From a bacterium (GTDB lineage Bacteria > Hinthialibacterota > Hinthialibacteria > Hinthialibacterales > Hinthialibacteraceae): 59,684 nucleotides of DNA. The stretch lies in contig JBHGBC010000016.1 in assembly GCA_041946805.1 (NCBI GenBank), forward strand, positions 1 through 59,684, read 5' to 3'. The translations under genes and the position numbers were made by a program. Shown here piece by piece: positions 10,865 to 20,322 of this stretch (its first letter is position 1; each line of letters begins with the position of its first letter). The notes under the pieces were generated by a model. It saw only the letters and a list, made by a program, of their open reading frames with translations, did not search any database and was not told the origin of the DNA.

Positions 10865-11520
10865 CTATGTGGCATTCCAAGGTATATTAGTAATCCAATC
10901 AAAGCCGGCTAAATGGGCGATTCGTGTCTTATCTTTTTCGAGCGTGGCCAAGCCCTCCCCCCGGGCGTCCTCGACGGCCTGGAGACTGGCATACTCCCGA
11001 TTCGGAAACCATTTCTCCCGGATCTCCTCCCAGAGATGTTCCACTGGATTGCATAGCGGACTATATGGAGGCAATTCGATCACCCTCATGGAATCCGGGA
11101 TTTTCAAGGCCTGGGCGATATGCCAACCGGCCTGGTCCATGACCATCAGAATCCATTCCCCCCGCATGCCGCGCCGTCACATCCGCCAAAAAGAGCGACA
11201 TCATCCCGGTGTTGACTTCCGGCAGGATGAGCGAATCCCTTTTGCCATCGTGCGGGCTGACGGCGGCGAAGGCGAACGTCGATTCCCGGACAACCCGGGC
11301 CCCCTCTCGTGACGGATCCGGGGGGCTCCAACAGGGGCGGGGATCGCTCAAGCGGCCAAACCGGCCTTCGTCCTGGAACATCAGGCGGACGGGGCGCCCC
11401 GCTTGCGCTGGCCGGCGGGCTTCTTGGGCGATCCGGCCGGGGATTTTTTTCCCCAGGCCTCTTGGGCCTGTATATCCGAACGGGGATGGCGCGGGCGCGG
11501 GGCGATGTGTTCCTTTGTAG
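10865..11520 (-). pseudogene. IS630-family transposase remnant (5'-truncated, frameshifted)
   Basis: The orfA tail (HIAPRPRHPRSDIQAQEAWGKK) ends at an A8 run near 11444-11451. The DDE region RLMFQDEGRFGR lies in one frame; MDQAGWH...LPPYSPLCNPVEHLW lies in another after a G6 run near 11158-11163. Confidence 0.85.
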
Positions 11521-11595
11521 GCAACTTGGAATGAGCCGTGGAGAGGGCCGAGCCTGGCTTTCAACCGGACCGCGAACGGTTATTAGTGAAAACAG

Positions 11596-12159
11596 TTAGA
11601 ATATCGTTCCGCCGGGCCCCAGCCAGGCGATGACGCCCCGGCTGACCAGGCCGTTGGAGGCGGAATAGTAATTGACAAACGAGGCGTGCGCCAGGCTCCA
11701 GTCCAACGCGGGGCCGGGACTGCGCACGGTATACTTGTATGACCGCCCGTAGACCTCCATGGTGTTGCCGGTGCGGCTGACGTCATCATAGATGTAGCCT
11801 CCGTCAAAGATCGCCGCCAAATCCGCCCGGATCTTCTGGGGATTGTGGGTTTGGAATGGATCGATGGGCACCGTGGTGATGTAGGCCACCGGCGTGGTCA
11901 GCACATGGTACCGGTAGGTGTGCTTCTCCCACCACTTGGTCCCGTTCCAAAATCCCGAACCGCCCGGGTAGGTGTTGCGGTCGATGGCGTACATCTCGAT
12001 GGCGTTGCCCAGGGCGCGGAGATCGGAATACACGCGGCTGATCTTGGCGCGCGTTTGGGCGTTCAGGAAGTTCGGGACGGCGATGGCTGCCAGAATGCCG
12101 ATAATCGCGACTACAATCAACAGTTCGATCAACGTGAAACCGTGAGACTTTTTTTTCAT
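11596..12159 (-). CDS. Prepilin-type N-terminal cleavage/methylation domain protein (pilin-like) #1
   Basis: MKKKSHG|FTLIELLIVVAIIGILAAIAVPNF; LTTPVAY; C-terminal Y-x-x-SNGLVSRG. ATG at 12159 is preceded by GGAAGG. Confidence 0.9.
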   Translation of the reverse strand: MKKKSHGFTLIELLIVVAIIGILAAIAVPNFLNAQTRAKISRVYSDLRALGNAIEMYAIDRNTYPGGSGFWNGTKWWEKHTYRYHVLTTPVAYITTVPIDPFQTHNPQKIRADLAAIFDGGYIYDDVSRTGNTMEVYGRSYKYTVRSPGPALDWSLAHASFVNYYSASNGLVSRGVIAWLGPGGTIF

Positions 12160-12276
12160 GGATACCTTCCTGTCTGGTCCGTTGGGTAGGTCCGGCGCGG
12201 CCCTCCGTGGCTTAAAACCGCGCACACGGAGGGGCCGCGGGACGAAAATCAGTCAATCAACAGTTGCCGGCGCCGC

Positions 12277-13695
12277 TCAGTGCAGCGGCCAATCCTCCAC
12301 GCGCACGACCGCGTCGAACGTATCCGTGAAGATCACGTTTCCGCTTCCATCCCGGATTTCGACGTTGTCGTAAGCCGCCATTTCACCCGGCACGGTGCTG
12401 GCCGCCAGGCCGGCGAATCCGTTGGCCCGGTTGGCGGGAATGGGGCGGTCGGTCCAGGGAGTCATTTGAAAGGCCTGGCCGGGATTATCTTTCGGCGTGA
12501 AGGTGCCGCTCACCGTCGTGCCGTCCGATGTGAATTCAAAAGTATACCACGCGCCGACTTCCCAGGGAACGATGTTGTCGTCGAGGTTGGCCCAGGCCGC
12601 GAAGTCATCCAAAAATTCCACCGTATCGACATTATCGTGGAACAGCATATTCATCCCCCGGGCTTCGCCGGGCCCCCGGGTTTCGTCCGGCGCGCGTCCG
12701 CCGCCCCGGCCGCCGGGCTGGATATGGAGAGCCACGCCCGACCGGCTGTAGTCGTTGGCGTGGGTGGTGTCGATGTCGTTGTGCCAGGAGAGCATCCGGA
12801 TATCGGCCTTGATCGACGCCCCACCCGTGATTTCGGAGTTGTACCAGATTTTCTTGGGATCCAGACGGCTGGTCCCGATGCCATACAAAACGCCGTCATT
12901 CACGATCCAGTAGCCGCCCTCGCCCGACATCCAATCGGATTTCAGGCCCACGGTTTGGGGCGCCCGCTCCAATTCGCCTTCGAAGTCATCCTGGAACACC
13001 GAGGTTCCGTTGACGATGACTTCGAAATTGTCGAAGCTGGCCACGTAGCCTTGCACGTTGCATCCGGTGATCCCCGCGAAGCCGGTGGGACGCCCGGTGA
13101 ACGTGTAGGGCTTCAGGGTGATGACGTCATCGCCGTCCGGCCCCGTTTCCCGCAGATACACCTTGCCCGTGGCGGTTTGTCCCGTGATGGTCAACTCAAA
13201 CGTGTACCACGTGCCCACCAGCCAGGTGTAGCCGTTGTCGTCCGTGTTCGCCCATTGCACGAAATCGTTCAAATATTCGATGGTGTCCAGGTTCTCGTGG
13301 AACAGCAGATTGATCCCGCGGTCCTGGGTGTCGCTGCCGCTGGTCCCCTTGGGTTGAATCCGCGCCGCGATCCCGGCGCGGCACAAGTCGGCGGTGGTGG
13401 TATCCGCCCCGTTGTAAAAGGTATCCATCCGCACATCGCATTTGACCATGTAATCGGGACCGAAATCCTGGTTGATCCACGCGTGCAGGGGATCGGTGGT
13501 TCCATCGATATTGGCCAGGACCAACACCCGGTTGCCCAACAGGTTCGTGCCGAAATAATCGGTCTCGTCCACCACCACGAAAACTCCGGTTCCCTTCACC
13601 CAGTTCGCGCCCAATTGGTAATGAGGTTGCGCGAACACGGGCCTGACCTGGGCCGCCAATATAAATACTACCCCTACCATGCTCAGTTTCTTCAT
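12277..13695 (-). CDS. Secreted protein with two tandem homologous beta-sandwich (LamG/DUF1080-like) domains
   Basis: Sec signal peptide ending VFA. Internal duplication: RIQPKG..RGINLLFHENLDTIEYLNDFVQWANTDDN..VGTWYTFE vs HIQPGG..RGMNMLFHDNVDTVEFLDDFAAWANLDDN..VGAWYTFE. GGAGG RBS. The fold call is inference. Confidence 0.7.
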   Translation of the reverse strand: MKKLSMVGVVFILAAQVRPVFAQPHYQLGANWVKGTGVFVVVDETDYFGTNLLGNRVLVLANIDGTTDPLHAWINQDFGPDYMVKCDVRMDTFYNGADTTTADLCRAGIAARIQPKGTSGSDTQDRGINLLFHENLDTIEYLNDFVQWANTDDNGYTWLVGTWYTFELTITGQTATGKVYLRETGPDGDDVITLKPYTFTGRPTGFAGITGCNVQGYVASFDNFEVIVNGTSVFQDDFEGELERAPQTVGLKSDWMSGEGGYWIVNDGVLYGIGTSRLDPKKIWYNSEITGGASIKADIRMLSWHNDIDTTHANDYSRSGVALHIQPGGRGGGRAPDETRGPGEARGMNMLFHDNVDTVEFLDDFAAWANLDDNIVPWEVGAWYTFEFTSDGTTVSGTFTPKDNPGQAFQMTPWTDRPIPANRANGFAGLAASTVPGEMAAYDNVEIRDGSGNVIFTDTFDAVVRVEDWPLH

Positions 13696-14376
13696 GTTTC
13701 ATTCCTCCCGGCATACGCCGTTGGTTGGATTGGATAGACGTGTTTCCGGTACCGCAAACTGGCCGGACGTGGAATCGTGCGGGATGGTCCCATGTCCGGG
13801 TGGGACGGTCCGCTTCCGGATCCTTTACATCACCTCCCTCCTTGGTCTTTCCCATTCCCGTGGATCGCGTGGCTGGGATTCGATTCCGGAGTGGGATGGC
13901 GAGATCCAGCCGCGTGGATACTATTCCCGCGCGCACCAAACCCGTTTCCAGGAACACAGGGACGCTTCCTGGCTGAGGGGGGATCGCGCGTGTTCCCGGG
14001 TACACATTTCACTACCGGAACGGTAAGCCGTAAAGACAAACCCAGCTGAATCAATCGATAAAGCAGTCGATGTAAGGCAACCTACACAAAGTAGAATCGC
14101 AAGTCTAGCCAAGTTCCAGAAAAACCGCATGGGATTGGGTTCCAGCGCTCATTTTGGGAAGGCAAGGTTTTTGGCGGGCCAGTCTTCCAGGACGCGCCGT
14201 CGATGATTCGCGGTTCACCAGGAGGTTCGCCTTCCTGTGCAATTCATTCCCCGGCTTTCTTCACCATTCCTCCACGCCCCTTTTATGCCATCCGGCCTAC
14301 CGGGTTTACCATTCTCCGGAATCCATGATACCTTGCTGGCGTGACAACGTTGAAAAAATCCGAGGAGGCAACCAAC

Positions 14377-15621
14377 ATGGTCGTGGAACGGATCAACCGG
14401 AGAGGTTTTTTGGCGAAAACGGGCCGGACGGGCGCGGCGCTGGCCGCGGCGGCCACGTTGCGGAGCCCGCGCGGGGCGGTGGGGGCCAACGACAAGATCG
14501 TCGTGGGATTGATCGGCTGCGGGGGGCGCGGCACCCAGCTGATGCGTTTGACCTTGCAGATCGATCCCGCCGTGACCGTGGCCGGGGTATGCGATGTCTA
14601 TGAACGCCGGCGCGCCAACGCGAAGGCCCTGGCGCAGTCGGAGCCCCGGGATTTCGCCGATCACCGCAAATTGCTGGAGATGAAGGAGATCGACGCCGTG
14701 ATCATCGCCACGCCCGATCACATGCACTGTCCCCAGGTGCATGACGCCATCTCCGCGGGCAAGGACGTTTATGTCGAAAAACCGCTGACGTACTCGATCG
14801 AGGAGGGCGTGCGGCTCATCAAGGCCGTGCGCGCCAGCGACCGCATCGTGCAAGTGGGGATGCAGCGGCGCAGCGCCCCCATGTGCATCGAGGCCAAGAA
14901 ACTCATCGACCAGGGCGTGCTGGGAGATGTCACCCTGGTGCGCGCCCAATGGTATTGGAATGTGCCGCCCCTCGACATGAACGTGAAGGTGGAGGGGGAT
15001 TTCGACTGGGACCTGTTCCAGGGCTCCGCTCCCAAGCGGCCTTTCGATCCCTGCCGGGCGGTGCATTGGGTCTTCTATTGGGATTACTCGGGCGGGGTGG
15101 TCACGGGCCAGGGCGTCCACCTGCTGGATCTCGTGCAATGGTTCATGGGGAAGGGCACGCCGTTGTCCGCCGTCATGGAGGGCGGATCGTACAAACTGGG
15201 CGCCGAATGTCCGGACGTATTCAGCGCCAGCTACCAGTATGACGGTTTCACGACATCGTGGATCCTTTCCTACAACAACTCGTTTGACAACGGTTGGAAA
15301 GTCACGTTCCACGGCACGGAGGGAACACTGGTCATCGGCGAGCCGATCTTCGCCGAGGGGGAAACAGGCTACCGCATTTACAAGGAACCGTGGCGCGACG
15401 TGGAGAACCGCAAGCCGATCTACAAGAGTGAGGAGGGATTGCCCACCGAGCCGCATCTCTTGAACTGGCTGGAGTGCATGCGCGCCCGCAAGGAGCCTAA
15501 CGCTCCGGTCGAAGTCGGCCACACAGCCGCCGCTCCCTGCCACCTGGCTAACCAGGCGTACCGCCACAAGACCGTGGCGCGCCTCGACAAGGAATGCACG
15601 ACGGTCACGCTGGGGGCCTAG
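14377..15621 (+). CDS. Gfo/Idh/MocA family oxidoreductase, Tat-exported
   Basis: INRRGFL Tat motif; GLIGCGGRG; ATPDHMH; YVEKP. GAGGAGG RBS before ATG 14377. Confidence 0.92.
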   Translation: MVVERINRRGFLAKTGRTGAALAAAATLRSPRGAVGANDKIVVGLIGCGGRGTQLMRLTLQIDPAVTVAGVCDVYERRRANAKALAQSEPRDFADHRKLLEMKEIDAVIIATPDHMHCPQVHDAISAGKDVYVEKPLTYSIEEGVRLIKAVRASDRIVQVGMQRRSAPMCIEAKKLIDQGVLGDVTLVRAQWYWNVPPLDMNVKVEGDFDWDLFQGSAPKRPFDPCRAVHWVFYWDYSGGVVTGQGVHLLDLVQWFMGKGTPLSAVMEGGSYKLGAECPDVFSASYQYDGFTTSWILSYNNSFDNGWKVTFHGTEGTLVIGEPIFAEGETGYRIYKEPWRDVENRKPIYKSEEGLPTEPHLLNWLECMRARKEPNAPVEVGHTAAAPCHLANQAYRHKTVARLDKECTTVTLGA

Positions 15622-15651
15622 AAGGGAAACGTGGTTGAAAAGATGGACTGG

Positions 15652-15680
15652 GCGGGGGGCACGGAAATCCGTGCCCCCGC
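15652..15680 (+). terminator. Probable terminator hairpin
   Basis: GCGGGGGGCACGGA-AA-TCCGTGCCCCCGC about 30 nt after the stop. The T-run is displaced, so the call is moderate. Confidence 0.55.
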
Positions 15681-15736
15681 GTTGAATGGGGATGTTTTTT
15701 GTCATCCAGGGATGGAAACCACCTTGGTTGGACTTT

Positions 15737-15994
15737 CCCTCACCCCAATCCTCCCGGGGGGAGAGGGAGCGGAAATGAGACCGGGTTCGTGTACCGTTCC
15801 GTGATGAAAGCGCGATAGGCCTTGCGTGATTCCCGATTCCCTTGAGGGGAATCCATAATCCTCGCGATCTTGTAACGCAGGGTAAAAAAAAAGCTCAATG
15901 CACAACGGTATTTCATTTCCAGAGCACTCAAACGGTAACCACTTCTTCTCGTAAAACCATCCCCTCTCCCTCTGGGAGAGGGGATGGGTGAGGG
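15737..15994. repeat. Inverted pair of REP-like family A elements (CCCTCACCC-N3-CCCTCTCCC-N3-GGGAGAGGG) flanking about 190 bp
   Basis: Copies at 15737-15767 (fwd) and 15961-15994 (rev). The same family occurs at 10671-10697, 24063-24093, 31575-31607, 32833-32865, 36715-36748, 36767-36799 and 51921-51953. Confidence 0.8.
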
Positions 15995-16172
15995 AAGCCC
16001 TGAAAGGGCGGTATTCATTCTTCCCCTGCAATTGAGTAAGCCGTTGCCTTTTTTGAATCCTGGGTGGGTTGCCAGCCTAAAATATCGCTTGACTCTCCCC
16101 GCTTTTTCATGAAAAACTAATCTATCCATATCCAATGACGTTCCACGGCATGGAGAACAGGGAGGATGGATC

Positions 16173-16778
16173 ATGAATCAAACCGCCACAGGGTTCATTG
16201 TTCTGGGATTAATCGCGGGTATGGGCCTGTACCCCAACCCGGCCGCCGCGCAGGCGGTACCTGGCACGCTGATTTTCGAGCAGACGTTCGAGGAGGAACC
16301 CACGGACTGGTACCTCGTTCGCCAAAACGGATTGGAAGCGGAATATATCATGGACGAGGGGAAGGAAGGCCAGGGGATCACCTTCATCATCACCGCTCCC
16401 CCCAATGTGACGATGAACAACATGCAGTTCTCGTTCGAGAACATCGAACGGCCGGAAGGATCGGACCTCTATGATTGGCGGGTCACATTCTGGATCCGCA
16501 CCCGCACCCTCCCCTTCACGATCCGGCCCATCGTCGCCATGAGTGAAGACCCGTGGAGCGGCACGGATGTGGATATCCCCGTCGAAACCGCGGGCGAATG
16601 GGTCTTCATCGACACCGTGCTGCCGGCGGGGGATTTTCTGACCACCGATACTCTCCTGCTCATCTTCCACATGGGCAATCCCGGTGACGAAAACGGAGAA
16701 AACGAAGTCTCCTTCGACGAGATCAAACTCTACCTGCTCGACCAGCCCACGGGCGTCAGCAATTGGGAACTGCTGTGA
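16173..16778 (+). CDS. Secreted hypothetical protein, probable carbohydrate-binding-like jelly-roll domain
   Basis: Signal peptide ending AAAQA; acidic, beta-rich sequence ending FDEIKLY; GGAGG RBS; C-terminal PTGVSNWELL. Confidence 0.7.
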   Translation: MNQTATGFIVLGLIAGMGLYPNPAAAQAVPGTLIFEQTFEEEPTDWYLVRQNGLEAEYIMDEGKEGQGITFIITAPPNVTMNNMQFSFENIERPEGSDLYDWRVTFWIRTRTLPFTIRPIVAMSEDPWSGTDVDIPVETAGEWVFIDTVLPAGDFLTTDTLLLIFHMGNPGDENGENEVSFDEIKLYLLDQPTGVSNWELL

Positions 16779-16804
16779 ATGCGATTCAACCTCGATGTTA
16801 ATCC

Positions 16805-16942
16805 GGGCGGACACCTAGGTCCGCCCCTACAATAATCTAACCACTGAAGCAAAGCAGGGGCACGTGGCAACGTGCCCCTGCAATAGCAATTTCAGCATTT
16901 CCATCCTGAAAAAAACTGGATCCCCGCTTTCGCGGGGATGAC
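16805..16942. repeat. Cluster of three different REP-like palindromes
   Basis: GGGCGGACACCTAGGTCCGCCCCTACA at 16805-16831 (near-identical copy at 52103-52131). GCAGGGGCACGTGGCAACGTGCCCCTGC at 16854-16881 (related GTAGGGGCACGTTGCCACGTGCCCTTAC at 31714-31741). TGGATCCCCGCTTTCGCGGGGATGAC at 16917-16942 (related copy at 10728-10754). Confidence 0.75.
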
Positions 16943-17059
16943 AACTTATTCGTATCTCGATGACATTGGATTATCTTGTTGACATATGATTCGTAGATCG
17001 ATGACTGGAATCCTTTATCCCCTTGAAAAGGCCGGGTGATCCTGGATATTTTCCCCCGC

Positions 17060-18064
17060 TCAATACAACAGCGGCGTTTCCACGGCGGTGGAGCCGGGCT
17101 TCAGGGAGAGGACGGCCGCCTGGACGATGGCCTTGGTGATGTCCACCTTCTCCGCGTTGTCCGACAACGGAAACGCGCCGTCCACGGCCAGCTCGCCCGT
17201 CTGCCGCGCGGCGTCCTCGGTGATCTCCTTCCCCACAAGAAACGCTTCCGCCTTCGTAGCCCGCCAGGGGATGGGCGCCACGCCGCCCAGCACGATGCTG
17301 GCCTTGGCGCAGGCGGTTCCCTGGAACTCGAGCGCCGCCGCCACCGAGGCCAGGGCCCAGTCGAAGCCCTCCCGCTCCCGGAACTTGATGTACGTGCTTT
17401 TCGCCGCCGTGGCGGGGATTTCGAGTTCCGTGACGAGTTCCCGGGGTTTCAGGATATTCTCGCGGAGCCAATTGACCTGGGGCAGGACGAAGAATTCCTC
17501 CAGCGGGATTTGCCGCGCGCCGCCCACGCCCTGGATGGTGATTTTCGCCCCCAGCGCGATCAAAGCCGGGGCGCAATCGGAGGGATGCACGATGAAGCAC
17601 GGCCCGCCGCCGAGAATGGCGTGATACGCGTTCCGGCCGGTGAGGGAATAGCACATCGGACCGCCCTTCTTTAAGCAATGGATCTGCTCATCGCGGTAGT
17701 ACCAGCAACGCGGGCGCTGGCAGAGGTTGCCGCCCAGGGTTCCCACGTGGCGGATCTGGGGCGAACCGACCGCGGCCGCCGCCTGGGCCAAGGCGGTGTA
17801 CTGTTGCCGGACGGTCTCGTGATGGGCGATGTCGCTCAAGGGCGTGACGGCTCCGATTTTGAGGGATCCGCCGTTGTCTTGGATTCCCTTCAACTCGGCC
17901 AAGCGGGAGATCGAGATGACCGTTTGCGGTTCGATAAGGTATTCCTTCATTTCGCCGATCAGGTCCAAACCGCCCGCCCAGATTTTGGCCGAGTTGAAAT
18001 CATCGCCCAGCCGGGAGAGGGCGTCCGCCACCGATTGCGCCTGGATGTAATGGAATTTGTTCAT
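17060..18064 (-). CDS. Xanthine dehydrogenase-family FAD-binding subunit (PaoB/YagS-like, with 4Fe-4S insert)
   Basis: AGGLDL; GSPQIRHVGTLGGNLCQRPRCWYYR..C..C..C; HPSDCAPAL; GGVAPIPWR. Confidence 0.92.
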   Translation of the reverse strand: MNKFHYIQAQSVADALSRLGDDFNSAKIWAGGLDLIGEMKEYLIEPQTVISISRLAELKGIQDNGGSLKIGAVTPLSDIAHHETVRQQYTALAQAAAAVGSPQIRHVGTLGGNLCQRPRCWYYRDEQIHCLKKGGPMCYSLTGRNAYHAILGGGPCFIVHPSDCAPALIALGAKITIQGVGGARQIPLEEFFVLPQVNWLRENILKPRELVTELEIPATAAKSTYIKFREREGFDWALASVAAALEFQGTACAKASIVLGGVAPIPWRATKAEAFLVGKEITEDAARQTGELAVDGAFPLSDNAEKVDITKAIVQAAVLSLKPGSTAVETPLLY

Positions 18065-18068
18065 CGGA

Positions 18069-20318
18069 TCAGCCCTTCCTTTCCTTGAGCGCCCGCAGCA
18101 CCTTGTAGGGCGTGATGGGCAAGGACCGCACCGGCACGCCCAATGCGTTGAAGACCGCGCAACCGATGGCCGCGGCGGCCGGGATGTGCGGCGGTTCGCC
18201 CAATCCCTTGGCGCAGCAGTTGTTCACTGGATCGTACACGTCGATCAGCACCACCTCGATCTCCGGCGCTTGCCAGGGACTGAGGAGTTTGTCGGTTTCC
18301 ATGCTGGCGTTGAGCGGTCGTCCGGTGAGGTTGTCCAGAATGCGGTCTTCAGACAACGCGTAACTCACGCCCATGATCACCCCGCCGCAGATTTGGCTCT
18401 CGGCCTGCGCCCGCGCCATGGCGATGCCGCAGTCTTGTACCGCCACGATCTTCAGGCACCGCACCCGGCCGGTGGCGGTATCGACCTCGACCTCGGCGAA
18501 CTGCGCGCCCCGCATCTGGGTTCCGAGGGAAACGCCCCGCACGCTGGGCTTGGCCGGATCGCGCGCCGTGGTGATGATGGGATCCAGCCCCATCAGCGCC
18601 GCCGCCTCGCTCCAGGGCCTGGCCAGCGCGGGATTGTCCATGGCATACACGACGCCGTTCTTGCACGCCACGTTCTCCACGGCGATGCCCCACTGTTGCG
18701 CGGCGAGGGCGAACACTTGCTGCTGCGCCTTGTACGCGGCGCTGCGCACGGCGGGCGCGATGTTGGAAGTAGTGACGCTGCCGCTGCTTTCCGGCCCTGT
18801 CAGCCCCAATTGAGTGTCGCCCATCGTGATCTTGATGGCCTCCACCCCGATGCCCAGCGTCTCGGCGGCGGTGGCGGCCATGACCGTGCGGCTGCCGGTC
18901 CCCAGGTCCTGGCAGGCGTTGGCGATCTCCACGCTGCCGTCCGGAAACAAGGTGCACCGCGCCATCGCCGCCCCCGCTCCCGCGTTGTAAGGCCAGGTGG
19001 TGACCGCGCAGCCCACTCCGCGCCGCACGGTTCCGGTCTGCGAACCATGTTTCGTGAATTTATCCGCCCAACCGAACCGTTCCGCCCCCACTTGGAGCGC
19101 GTGCAGCCGGCAATCGAGCTCACTGGTTTTCACATTTTTCATGCGCAGCTGCACGGGATCGACATCCAGCTGGGCGGCCAGTTCCTCAATGGCCATTTCC
19201 ACGGCGAAGGTCCCTTGGGGCCGGCCTGGGGCACGGAAGGCGCGCGACGCGCCGGCGTTGAGGCGGACGGTGGATTCACTTACCCGGATGTTGGGGCAGT
19301 CGTACCCGTCGTGGTACGGGGCGCTATAACTGTCGCTGCCGGAATAGCCGGTGATGACCGAGATTTTCGCGTCGATGGCCGTCAGCATCCCGTCCTTCTT
19401 GCCCCCGATCCGCACCGTCTGGCGGCTGCCCGGCTTGTTGCCGCTGCGGATCAAATCCTCGTAGCGGGTGGCCATGAGCTTGACCGGCCGGCCGGTGTCC
19501 TTGGCGATTTGGATGCACTGGGTGAAGAAATCCTCGATCTGCAACTTGCTGCCGAAGCCGCCGCCCATGTATTGGGTGATCACACGGGTCAGGCTGGCGG
19601 AGACGCGCGCCGCCGCCGCGCAGGCGGACCGGCTCGACCAAATACCTTGGGTGGAAGTCCAGACCGTCAGTTCGCCATTGTTCCATTCCACCACGCAGCC
19701 GTGGGTTTCGAGGGTGCAGTGCGGGGTGACTTGCGTTTCGTAGGTGGCCTCGTGGATCGCGTCGGCCTGGTTGAATCCATTATCGACGTTGCCCCGGTTG
19801 GCGGGCGACAGCAGGGGAACGCGGCCTTCCTGCAGGCTTTGGGGGGCCAGACCGCCGTTGCCTGCTTCTTCTTCCGGGAGCGCTTCCGCCTTGAAGGTCT
19901 GCGGAGTGTAACTCACCTGGACCTTGCGCGCCGCGTCCAGGGCCAGCTGCGGAGTCTCCGCGGCCACCACGGCGATCAGATGGCCGGCGTACTGGGCGTT
20001 GGCGCTGGTTGTGGCGCGGATATCCACCACGCCGGGCATGGCTTTGGCTACGGTCAGGTCGATGGTCCCGATGGACGCCTTGGCGTGCGGGCAGGTCACC
20101 AACGCCGCGTGCAGCATGTTGGGGCGGTTGATGTCATGGGTGTACTTGGCCTGGCCCGTGACCTTTTCCAACGCGTCCACCCGCCTGATCCGCTTGTCCT
20201 TGACGGCCGTGAATTCATGCCCCATTCCCCAGGCGGCCGGTTCGTTGTCGGGGACCGAGATGGTCACGTCCCGGGTCAACCCGTCATGTCCAATGGTAAT
20301 CGCAACGGTGCGCGCCAT
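18069..20318 (-). CDS. Xanthine dehydrogenase-family molybdopterin-binding subunit (PaoC/YagR-like)
   Basis: KVTGQAKY; MGGGFGSK; AFRAPG; QDLGTG; KGLGEPP with the catalytic Glu. ATG 20318 follows GGAGGG. Confidence 0.92.
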   Translation of the reverse strand: MARTVAITIGHDGLTRDVTISVPDNEPAAWGMGHEFTAVKDKRIRRVDALEKVTGQAKYTHDINRPNMLHAALVTCPHAKASIGTIDLTVAKAMPGVVDIRATTSANAQYAGHLIAVVAAETPQLALDAARKVQVSYTPQTFKAEALPEEEAGNGGLAPQSLQEGRVPLLSPANRGNVDNGFNQADAIHEATYETQVTPHCTLETHGCVVEWNNGELTVWTSTQGIWSSRSACAAAARVSASLTRVITQYMGGGFGSKLQIEDFFTQCIQIAKDTGRPVKLMATRYEDLIRSGNKPGSRQTVRIGGKKDGMLTAIDAKISVITGYSGSDSYSAPYHDGYDCPNIRVSESTVRLNAGASRAFRAPGRPQGTFAVEMAIEELAAQLDVDPVQLRMKNVKTSELDCRLHALQVGAERFGWADKFTKHGSQTGTVRRGVGCAVTTWPYNAGAGAAMARCTLFPDGSVEIANACQDLGTGSRTVMAATAAETLGIGVEAIKITMGDTQLGLTGPESSGSVTTSNIAPAVRSAAYKAQQQVFALAAQQWGIAVENVACKNGVVYAMDNPALARPWSEAAALMGLDPIITTARDPAKPSVRGVSLGTQMRGAQFAEVEVDTATGRVRCLKIVAVQDCGIAMARAQAESQICGGVIMGVSYALSEDRILDNLTGRPLNASMETDKLLSPWQAPEIEVVLIDVYDPVNNCCAKGLGEPPHIPAAAAIGCAVFNALGVPVRSLPITPYKVLRALKERKG

Positions 20319-20322
20319 GATG

